64,000 bases of DNA, taken from contig NC_058368.1 in NCBI RefSeq assembly GCF_018350175.1, positions 30,444,001 through 30,508,000 of the forward strand, in the 5' to 3' direction. A model generated the notes under the pieces. That model worked only from the letters and a program-made list of their open reading frames with translations. It was not told the origin of the DNA and did not search any database. Of the stretch, positions 51,601 through 62,374 are shown piece after piece (positions within the stretch are counted from its first letter, which is position 1; every line of letters starts with the position of its first letter). Source of the stretch: Felis catus (lineage: Eukaryota). The translations under genes were made by a program, and so were the position numbers.

Positions 51601-53048
51601 AAACCTCACCACATCATGTTTTCTCTTACGTCTAGAGGAAGGCATTGCCAGATCTTCCTTCCTTTTAGCATATGAATATACAAACAGAAGGTAAGATTAC
51701 CCATTCCCAAACTACTGTTCCATCCATTACTGCCCATTACATATCTTCTCACTTCTAGAAGAAAAAAAAATAGTCTGAACATTTTGCTTTTATATTCATT
51801 ATCTACTCTGTGCCTGTTAGTTGCTCTCGTTTTTTAGTAATGCTTTTACTGATTAACTTGGTCTGTGCAATATAAAATGGTGAAATGCATTATCCTGGGT
51901 AAATGTGATGTTATTAATGTGTTTTATTCTAGTTATGGGTCATTATTTCCGATAGATGTAATCGTCCCAGCACTGAGACCTAGCAGGTGGTCTCACTAGA
52001 AGTTATAACAGTTTTCTTAATGGTCTGGTAAGAATGTCATTTGCAGGGCAGCAAGGGCAAAGAGAAATTGGTCCCAGAGCTAGCTTGCTTCTGCACTCGT
52101 TCCCAAGCTTGAGCAAGCAAAAGTAAATACATATTTTCTTACTGATCAGTTGGGTATTTTTTCCTGCCTATTCATTTTCAGTAAAAGTGATGAGGACCCA
52201 TGTATATTTATTACTATTTACAGCCTCTCCACCACCCCACACATACCAATAATATTACAAATGACCCAGCAATGCTTTGCCTTTCTAATTCTTAGAGGAA
52301 ACAAGCCTTTTTGCCTCCTGAGAGGAACCAGCATCCAATCAAGCAATGACATATGATTAAATCCAGTTGGCCAGGCAAAAGAGAGACAACTGGGAAGGAG
52401 AAATCAAGAAACAATGTTTCCATTAGTGGTATCTCACTCTTGAGAGAAGGCATGATATCATTATGATGAGAGGACTATAAATCATGTATTTAAATGTTAA
52501 CACCTTCATTTACCTACCAGGCATGAACACCAGAAGTTATTATAAGATTGAGATGATCGTGTATAGGATTGTCCTGAATTTTTCCTCGCACAGAGCATGA
52601 TCACAGTTGAATGATTTAATGTGTAATTACAAGCATTCATGCCCGGATGAAATGAACTGTCTACCTCAAGAAAGGGGTCTTGCGAGGATAAGAGTATTCC
52701 TGGTCTATTTCAGGTGTGCTCCCACGTGTGCTGCGTGCTTGAAATAGAGTGCACGAGACATGTGCGCACGTGGACAGACACTGCATCTTCCATGGGTGTA
52801 TGTCCCGAGCATTCATTAATTTAGATAGCACAGCTTCCAGAAGCGACCAGGTTAGTAATTCACATATTTTAGTGACTCCTCCTTGCTGTGGCTGTATTTT
52901 GTCCATTCTAAGATGAATATGTGTTTCTGCTTCTCCATTTTAACTTGCCTGAAATCAAGAGTGCCTTCTAGCTGATGGTGCAAGGGCCATTTGAGCCATG
53001 GATGTCTTCTGTGCATGTGTGAACTTAGTGGCATCACTGGAAAAGTGT

Positions 53049-53130
53049 GGGACTCAATCCCAGGAACCATGAGATCATGGCCTGAGCTGATATCAAGAGT
53101 CAGATGGTCAACCAACCGAGCCACCCAGGC
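53049..53130 (-). mobile_element. Can-SINE head-only fragment
   Basis: About 82 nt of tRNA-related head ('gagatcatggcctgagctga...gagccacccaggc'); no (CT)n, tail or TSD. Confidence 0.85.
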
Positions 53131-54999
53131 TCACTTTCCTTTTTAATGTAAGAATGAGAATGCTGTGGGGAAAAAGAAAATCTGCATCCAAGTTTCAAAG
53201 GCTTTTTTTTTTTAATGAATTTAACATAAAAGTCCTACAGGAGGGGAAAAGAGTTGGAACTGTTTTTCCATCCTTGTGATGAATAACAGTATATCTTAAA
53301 ATCAGTGGCAATTTAGGGTCAATACAATACAGCATTTGGTCATTTTATCGGAACTAAATACATCTAATGCCAAGAGGTTTGGAGACCTAGTCTAGCTTAT
53401 CCATTTTGTATTTGATGAAGGAAGGCTCAAAGAAAGGGAATGAGTTGCCTGTAATTACACAGCTCGCTACCATACGATGGTGACAAGCCAGATTTTAGAC
53501 GTCACCACTGATGACTGTTGTGAACGAGGCTTAGAGTTAATAACACACTATCATTTTTGTGCACACAGTGAAGTTACTTTTTCCTTGTTAGTATATAAGT
53601 ATACTGTATGATCTAACAAAGTAAAGTGATAACGTGTTACTTGTATTTCAGAGCCTCCCAGGAGGTGTAAAAAATAGGGTGTTTCCAACAGTGTATTTTA
53701 AGTTCTTTGGAGGATGGGGGCAGTTTCTTAATATTTCAGAAAATATTCTTTCTGGGGAAAGAAAGGATAATATGTCTTTAACATCTAGAGAATTCCACAT
53801 AAACAAAAAGGGTAAAAATCAGAGGCCCTGAGAATAACATAATGTAGTTTAACTTCTTTTCCACACTGCTGTCTGGCATTTATTACCAGTACTGTGAACA
53901 TTCCCATGATTTTTAATCTTTGCCATGCATCAGAATTCTTCTTGCATTTTCCCTTTTTAAATAGTTATTTTAATTTTTGTCACAACAATGCATTATGTGT
54001 ATATAGTTTTGAAATCAGAAATCAGCATATATGAGGCTTATAATAAAAAGTAGCTGTCTCTTCTCCTTAACTTTGAACTCCAGTTGTACTCCCCAGAGAG
54101 AAACATGGAATTCTTCCAGCTTTTCCCTTTCAATGATATCTATCAAGCAAAAAAAGTAAGATATGACTTCTGTCTCGTACAACCGTATGTTTCTCAAACA
54201 GCTTTACTGAGGTATAATTGACCTGCAGTAAATTGTACAAATTTTAAATGTCCAAAACCATAGGTTTTGGCAGATGCACTGACTTATAAAACCATCACCA
54301 CAAGGGAGATAGTGCCTACGTCATTCCTACTCAAAATTTCTTTGTGATCCCTAGTAGCCCCACCCCTGCCACCACTCTGCGACTCCCCCCTGCCTGTTCC
54401 CAGGCAATCATTGATTTGCTTTCTATTGCTATAATTTACTTGGCATTTTCTAAAATTTTACATTAATGGAATCATACAGTAGATGCTTTTTCTTTTCCTG
54501 GTTTCTTTCATAGAGCATAGTTATTGTGAGATTCACCCATGCTTTTTTTTGCACGCATCAGTGGTTTATTCCTTTTTACTCTTGATTAGTATTCCATGGG
54601 TAGACAAAACATAGCTTGTTAGTTTATTCAGCTGTTTATGGACATTTGGGTTGTTTCTAGTTTTTGGCTATGGCAAATAGAGCCATTAACAGTTGTGTGA
54701 AAGCCTTTCTATGGAAATATGCTTTCATTTCTCTTGCATAAATATCTAATAGTGGAATGATTTGGTAATGTGGTAGTACCGTGTTTAATTTTTTAAGAAA
54801 CTGCTGAACTGTTTTTCAAAGGGGGTGCACTATTTTACATTTCCATCTCCCGTGTATGAGCATTTCAGTGGTTCTACATCCTCAACAATGCTAGGAATGA
54901 CCAATCTTATTTTAATCTTAGCTATTTTCATAGGTATATGGGTATGTTTAATTATGATTTTGATTTCCTCGTATCTAATTGCTAACGATGTGAAATAGA

Positions 55000-55178
55000 A
55001 TAGATACTATGATAAAATGAGTGATAGACCCACCGTGGCTACAAAATTTGAGAGGGTGCCAGGAAACTCTTTAATCAAGGTAAATTATATCTTACTGCAA
55101 TATTAAAAAAAATTAAAAATACAGCAAAAGACCCACAATGAGCAAAGTATCGAAATCTTAAATAAAGATGGTATTAAC
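55000..55178. mobile_element. Probable hAT-Tip100-like MITE fragment
   Basis: 'caaaatttgagagggtgccaggaaactctttaatcaagg...aaatcttaaataaaga' interrupts the host L1; family assignment from memory only. Confidence 0.35.
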
Positions 55179-55402
55179 TTTTTTTTTCTTAACAGTGCCT
55201 TTCAAAGAGAGAAATTTCTAAATTTAATGAAAATCAAATGATCAATTTTATCACTTAACTTTATGGATTGTACTTCTGGTGTTGAAGGAAAACTTTGCTT
55301 AACCAAAGATCATAAAGATTTCCTATTGGAAATTTTATAACTTTAGGTTTTACAGTAAGGTATATGATCCATTTCAAGGGTTAAGTTTTGTACAGATCAA
55401 AG

Positions 55403-55602
55403 TTTTCTGAGAGAGAGAGAGGGTTAGGAAGAGGGCAGAGGGAGAGAGAGAGAATCTTAGGCAGACAGAGAGAGAGAAAATCTTAAGCAGGCTCCATGCT
55501 TAGTGTGGAGCCTGATGGGGGGCTCAATCCCATGACCCTGGGATTGTGACCTGAGCCGAAATCAAGAGTCAGACACTCAACCAACTGAGCCACCCAGATG
55601 CC
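55403..55602 (-). mobile_element. Can-SINE (older) with small internal duplication
   Basis: 'gagagagagaatcttaggcag' is followed by 'gagagagaaaatcttaagcag'; head ends 'cccagatgcc'. Confidence 0.9.
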
Positions 55603-56158
55603 TTTCTCTCTTTTTTAAAATACCTATGACTATCCAGTTGTTACAGCACCATTTGTTGAAAATATTATGCTTTCTTCATTGAATTGTCTTTAAAAATCTG
55701 TTTTATTTCACAGAATTTTGTTATTCTCTTTAAAATATGTTTTGGCTATTTTAAGTCCTTTATGATTGCATGTGAATTTTACAATCAGTTTGTCAATTCC
55801 TACAGAAAAGGCTACTCAGTTTTGACTGAGATTACATTAAATCTATAGATCAACTGGAGAAAAATGATATTGTAACTATAATGAATCTTCTGGTCCATGA
55901 ACATAGTTTATTTCTCTATTTACAAAGGTATTCTTTAATTTCTCTAAGGAACGTTTTGCAGGTTTTAGTGTATAGGTTTTGTATATCTTTTGTCAGATTT
56001 ATCCCTATATATTTAATACTACTTACTGTTGTACATATTTTTTTAAAGTAACTTCAGTTTCTAGTTGTTGCTAGAATATATAAATGCAGTTGATTCCTAT
56101 ATTTTGATCTTGTATTCTGTAATCTTGCTGAACTTTTTTATTGGTTCTAGTAGCTTTT

Positions 56159-56356
56159 GTTAAGTTTATTTATTTATTCAATAGACAGAGTGCGCGTGAG
56201 CTGGGGAAGGGCAGAGAGAAAGGGAGAGAATACCAAGCAGGTCCCACACTGTCAGCATGGACCCCCACCTGGGGCTCAAACCCTTGGACTATGAGATTGT
56301 GACTTAAGCCTAAAACGAGAGTGGGATGGTTAACTGACTGAAGCACTCAGGTGCCC
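56159..56356 (-). mobile_element. Can-SINE
   Basis: TSD gttctagta(g)ctttt at 56144-56158 and 56358-56371. Confidence 0.92.
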
Positions 56357-57545
56357 AGTTCTAGTACTTTTTGATAGAGTCCATAGAATTTTTTTTCCAT
56401 CAGTGGCCAGGTTGTCTTTAAATAAAGAACACTTTACTTCTTTCTTTCCAATATGGATTTTTAAAAATTTCTTTTACTTCCTTCATTGTAATGGTTAGAA
56501 ACTTTAGTACAATGTTGAAAGATATGATCGAGTAAACATCCTTGTCTTGTTAATATTCTGAGAGGTAAATTATTCATTTTTTCATCATTAAGTATGCTGT
56601 TAGTTGTAGTTTTGTGGGGGTTTCTTCTGTCTCCTTTTGTTTCTAGTTTGCTAAGAATTTTTAGTTAGAAATGCATACTGGATTTTGTCAAATTCCTTTA
56701 TTGTATTTATTGTGATAATCATATTCTTTTTCATTTTTAGTTTTATATGGTTAATTACACTGATCATAGGATATTCAACTGATATTTCATTTCTCAGATA
56801 AACTCCACTTGGTTGTGGCATATTATCTTTTCTATATATTGTTGAATTATATTTCCTAGTTTTAAAATAATTTTTGCATTTATATTCATGAAAAGTATAG
56901 ATCTGTTGTTTTCTTTTCTTTTAATGTCTTTGTCTAATTTGGGTACCAGGATATGCTAGCCTCATAGAATGAATTGGGAATCATTCTCTCTTCCTTTTTT
57001 TAATGGAAATTTGTATAAAATTGGTATTATTATTTCTTAAAGGTTAAGTATAATTCACTAGGAAGGCCACATGGGCCTGGAGTTTTCTGGGTGGGGACCA
57101 TTTAACTTCAAATTCAATTTTTAAAAAATGGTAGATGACTATTCAGGTTATCTGTTTCCTTTTTAATGAGCTTTGGTAGTTTGTGTATTTCAAACATTTT
57201 TTATATTTCATATAAAATGTTATTATTTTTCTTGAAATGCTTTAGAATATATAGCATTGCTACTTCTTTCATTTTCATGTTAGCTATTTATGTGTTATCT
57301 TTCAATCTGGTTTAGGTATACATCAATTTTATGGATCTCAAAAAACACATTTTCCTTTTTTTCATCTTTATTATTTTTTTGTTTTCTATTTCATTGATTT
57401 CTGCTCTTATCTTTATTATTATTTTTTCTTCTTTTTAAAAAATTTGTTCTCTTTTTAGTTTTTTAAGGTGAAAACTAAGGTCATTGATTTGAGACCTTTC
57501 TTCTGTTGTAATATAGTTATTCAGTGCTATTAAATAAATGTTATT

Positions 57546-58715
57546 TCCCTGATGATGAGTGATGTTGAGCATTTTTTCATGTGTCGGTTGACTATCTGGA
57601 TGTCTTCTTTGGAGAAGTGTCTATTCATGTCTTTTGCCCATTTCTTCATTGGATTATTTGTTTTTTGGGTGTTGAGTTTGATAAGTTCTTTATAGATTTT
57701 GGATACTAACCCTTTATCTGATATGTCATTTGCAAATATCTTCTCCCATTCTGTCGGTTGCCTTTTAGTTTTGCTGATTGTTTCCTTCGCTGTGCAGAAG
57801 CTTTTTATTTTGATGAGGTCTCAGTAGTTCATTTTTGCTTTTGTTTCCCTCGGCTCTGGAGATGTGTTGAGTAAGAAGTTGCTGCGGCCAAGATCAAAGA
57901 GGTTTTTGCCTGCTTTCTCCTCAAGGATTTTGATGGCTTCACTCATCGTCAGGGAAATACAAATCAAAACCACAATGAGATACCACCTTACACCTGTCAG
58001 AATGGCTAACATTAACAACTCAGGTAACAACAGATGTTAGCGAGGATGTGGAGAAAGAGGATCTCTTTTACACTGCTGGTGGGAATGCAAACTGGTGCAG
58101 CCACTCTGGAAAACAGTATGGAGGTTCCTCAAAAAACTAAAAATAGAACTACCCTATGATCCAGCAATTGCACTACTAGGCATTTATCCACGGGATACAG
58201 GTGCGCTGTTTCGAAGGGACACATGCACCCCCATGTTTATAGCAGCACTCTCAACAATAGCCAAAGTATGGAAAGAGCCCAAATGTCCATTGATGGATGG
58301 ATGGATAAAGAAGATGTGGTATATACATACACACAATGGAGTATTACTCGGCAATCAAAAAGAATGAAATCTTGCCATTTGGAACTACATGGATGGAACT
58401 GGAGGGTATTATGCTAAGTGAAATTAGTCAGTCAGAGAAAGACAAAAATCAGATGACTTCACTCATATGAGGACTATAAGAGACAAAACAGATGAACATC
58501 AGGGAAGGGAAACAAAAATAATATAAAAACAGGGAGGGGGACAAAACAGAAGAAACTCATAAATATGGAGAACAAACTGAGGGCTACTGGAGGGGTTGTG
58601 GGGGGGGTTGGGCTAAATAGGTAAGGGACACTAAGGAATCTACTCCTGAAATCATTGTTGCACTATGTGCTAACTAATTTGGATGTAAATTTTAAAAAAT
58701 AAAATTAAAAAAAAA
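57546..58715 (+). mobile_element. 5'-inverted (twin-primed) feline L1
   Basis: 57546-57940 is antisense ORF2 ([22 protein letters not shown]); 57941-58715 is sense ORF2 C-terminus, 3'UTR and A-tail; flanking aaa(t/a)gttatt repeat at 57536-57545 and 58712-58721. Confidence 0.93.
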
Positions 58716-58850
58716 GTTATTGTCATTTAAGTACTACTTTGGCTGTATACCCAAAGTTTTATATGTTTTGTTTTCATTTGACTTCAGTTCAAAATACCTT
58801 ACAATTTCATTTTTTACCTATTGGTTATTTAGAGAGATAGTATTGAGTTT

Positions 58851-60819
58851 TTTTTTCTTTTTCAATATATGAAGTTTATTGTCAAGTTGGTTTCCATACA
58901 ACACCCAGTGCTCATTCCAAAAGGTGCCCTCCTCAATACCCATCACCCACCCTCCCCTCCCTCCCACCCCCCATCAACCCTCGGTTTGTACTCAGTTTTT
59001 AAGAGTCTCTTATGCTTTGGCTCTTTTCCACTCTAACCTCTTTTTTTTTTCCTTCCCCTCCCACATGGGTTTCTGTTAAGTTTCTCAGGATCCACATAAG
59101 AGTGAAACCATATGGTATCTGTCTTTCTCTGTATGGCTTATTTCACTTAGCATAACACTCTCCAGTTCCATCCACGTTGCTACAAAGGGCCATATTTCAT
59201 TCTTTCTCATTGCCACATAGTACTCTATTACTCCAGTACTCCATAGTACTCCATTGTGTATATAAACCACAATTTCTTTATCCATTCATCAGTTGATGGA
59301 CATTTAGGCTCTTTCCACAATTTGGCTATTGTTGAGAGTGCTGCTATAAACATTGGGTACAAGTGCCCCTATGCATCAGTACTCCTGTATCCCTTGGGTA
59401 AATTCCTAGCAGTGCTATTGCTGGGTCATAGGGTAGGTCTATTTTTAATTTTCTGAGGAACCTCCACACTGTTTTCCAGAGTGGCTGTACCAGTTTGCAT
59501 TCCCACCAACAGTGCAAGAGGGTTCCCGTTTCTCCACATCCTCTCCAGCATCTAGAGTCTCCTGATTTGTTCATTTTGGCCACTCTGACTGGCGTGAGGT
59601 GATATCTGAGTGTGGTTTTGATTTGTATTTCCCTGATGAGGAGTGACGTTGAGCATCTTTTCATGTGCCTGTTGGCCATCCGGATGTCTTCTTTAGAGAA
59701 GTGTCTATTCATGTTTTCTGCCCATTTCTTCACTGGGTTATTTGTTTTTTGGGTGTGGAGTTTGGTGAGCTCTTTATAGATTTTGGATACTAGCCCTTTG
59801 TCCTATATGTCATTTGCAAATATCTTTTCCCATTCCGTTGGTTGCCTTTTAGTTTTGTTGGTTGTTTCCTTTGCTGTGCAGAAGCTTTTTATCTTCATAA
59901 GTTCCCAGTAGTTCATTTTTGCTTTTAATTCCCTTGACTTTGGGGATGTGTCAAGTAAGAAATTGCTACGGCTGAGGTCAGAGAGGTCTTTTCCTGCTTT
60001 CTCCTCTAAGGTTTTGATGGTTTCCTGTCTCACTTTCAGGTCCTTTATCCATTTTGAGTTTATTTTTGTGAATGGTGTGAGAAAGTGGTCTAGTTTCAAA
60101 CTTCTGCATGTTGCTGTCCAATTCTCCCAGCACCATTTGTTAAAGAGACTGTCTTTTATCCATTGGATATTCTTTCCTGCTTTGTCAAGATTAGTTGGCC
60201 ATACATTTGTGGGTCTAGTTCTGGGGTTTCTATTCTATTCCATTGGTCTATGTGTCTGTTTTTGTGCCAATACCATGTTGTCTTGATGATTACAGCTTTG
60301 TAGTAGAGGCTAAAGTCTGGGATTGTGATGCCTCCTGCTTTGGTCTTCTTCTTCAAAATTTCTTTGGCTATTCGGGGTCTTTTGTGGTTCCATATGAATT
60401 TTAGGATTGCTTGTTCTAGTTTCTAGAAGAATGCTGGTGCAATTTTGATTGGGATTGCATTAAATGTGTAGGTAGCTTTGGGTAGTATTGACATTTTGAC
60501 AATATTTATTCTTCCAATCCATGAGCATGGAATGTTTTTCCATTTCTTTATATCTTTTTCAATTTCCTTCATAAGCTTTCCATAGTTTTCAGCATACAGA
60601 TCTTTTACATCTTTGGTTAGGTTTATTCCCAGGTATTATATGCTTCTTGGTGCAATTGTGAATGGGATCAGTTTCTTTATTTGTCTTTCTGTTGCTTCAT
60701 TATTAGTGTATAAGAATGCAACTGATTTCTGTACATTGATTTTGTATCCTGCAACTTTGCTGAATTCATGTATCAGTTCTAGCAGACTTCTGGTGGAGTC
60801 TATCGCATTTTCCATGTAT
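58851..60819 (-). mobile_element. Young 5'-truncated feline L1 (~2 kb)
   Basis: ORF2p segments in the ORF track (59344-59733 with [18 protein letters not shown]; 59803-60099; 60156-60356; 60636-60860); perfect 16-bp TSD agatagtattgagttt at 58835-58850 and 60820-60835. Confidence 0.98.
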
Positions 60820-62191
60820 AGATAGTATTGAGTTTCTAAATATTTAGGAATTGGCCACACATTGATTTGCTATTGATTTCTAATTTGATGCTGTTTCAAT
60901 AGAGAACATACATGATTTGCACACATTTCAAATTATGTAGACTTCTTTTATAGCCCACATGGTGGTCCAGCTTCACAAATATTCCATGCATATTACAGGA
61001 ATGTATATTCTCCTGTTGTTAGGTGGAGTTATTAGGTCAAGTTGATTGATAGTGTTTTTCAAACATTCGTTATACTTAATGATTTTCTGCCAGCTTGTTC
61101 TCTCAATTATTGGGAGAGTGATGTTGAAATCTCTGACCATAACTGAGGAATCTAGACTATTTCCATCCTATGGCCCTGTTATTTCAACATAACACACTTA
61201 TTATTCAAGACCTGGAAAAGAGAGAATTTGAAGAACTTAAGCCAGTTAATACTCTCAGACCAGAAATGGCATATCTGGTTACTTGCCATTGGCAAGAAAT
61301 AATTATGTGGTCCCAAACAAGGGAATCTGGGAAATTTGGGAGAGGGAGGGGTAAATGTTGTATTTGATAAGGAAAACCATATTTCATACAATGAATTTTA
61401 CCCAGAGTGAGAGTTGAAAATACTCCCAGGTTTATTATGGCTTAGTGTATAGACATGATTCTTTAGACTTCTTACATATGATAAAATTTTAGACTTGTCC
61501 CATGCCACACAATGCACATCTTGGACCTAACAAGTGACTTGTTTATCATTTTTAAAATATAACTGAAAGTCTAATTTCATGAAAACTTTGAGATGGACCA
61601 GTCATCTCTGTTTTAAGAAATAATATAGTAACGGACAATTTCGTGTCATTGTGTGTCCCAGGTGGCTAGCTGTAATATGTAAATAATTTCATGTAATCTT
61701 TACAGAAACTCGATTTTTTATCTTTATTTCTAAGTTATGGCATTGAAGTGTAGAGATGTGAGTAATTAATACATGAACAAATAGGTTAAAAACGGGCAGA
61801 GCTGTTTTTCAGATGTTCACATTAAGTCCACTTGAGGTCAAAGTCCATTCTGTGGGTTTTCCGTGTTACGACTAAGATGAATCTGTTCTTTCCCCCGATG
61901 CTGGCAACTGAGTTCAGGGAGAAAAAGGTGAAAACAAGTTAAAATGATGAGTGACAGTTGCGTTTCACTTGAAATGATAAATGAACATAGTAAGAGATAA
62001 CTTAGATATCCCATGAAATAATTATAAAGTTATGTGATCCATATTAATATAGCTGTTTTCAACTCTTTGGAGGACTCTCATGAAGAAAGATTATGTATTA
62101 TATATTAAATATTATATATATAATTATCTATTATTATATATTACGGCTTCATATTGGCCATATATAATCAGTTTGTATAGCACCATGATTG

Positions 62192-62194
<3 letters not shown>

Positions 62195-62225
<31 letters not shown>

Positions 62226-62339
62226 AAATGAAAATAAATGTATTTATATATGTATACAAATATAAATTAGAATATATATATCAAGTATATGTTATATATA
62301 CATCAGTGTGAGTATACAGGCATATATACATATATATGT

Positions 62340-62370
<31 letters not shown>
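62195..62370. repeat. Inverted (CA)n/(TG)n microsatellite pair
   Basis: (CA)14CGTA at 62195-62226 and TACG(TG)14 at 62339-62370. Confidence 0.95.

Positions 62371-62374
<4 letters not shown>

Larger units (their letters stand above)
54197..61150 (-). mobile_element. Ancient L1M (L1MB/MC/MD-like), about 3.5 kb net, hosting nested insertions
   Basis: 3' end 'aacagctttactgaggtataattgac'; continuous antisense ORF2 sequence resumes after each nested element. Confidence 0.85.

Noticed and set aside
3504..56356. tRNA genes
   Set aside because: A/B-box sequences are Can-SINE heads followed by (CT)n, A-tails and TSDs, not stand-alone tRNA genes.
58851..60819. Active, autonomous L1
   Set aside because: 5'-truncated within ORF2 and broken by frameshifts and stops into several ORFs.
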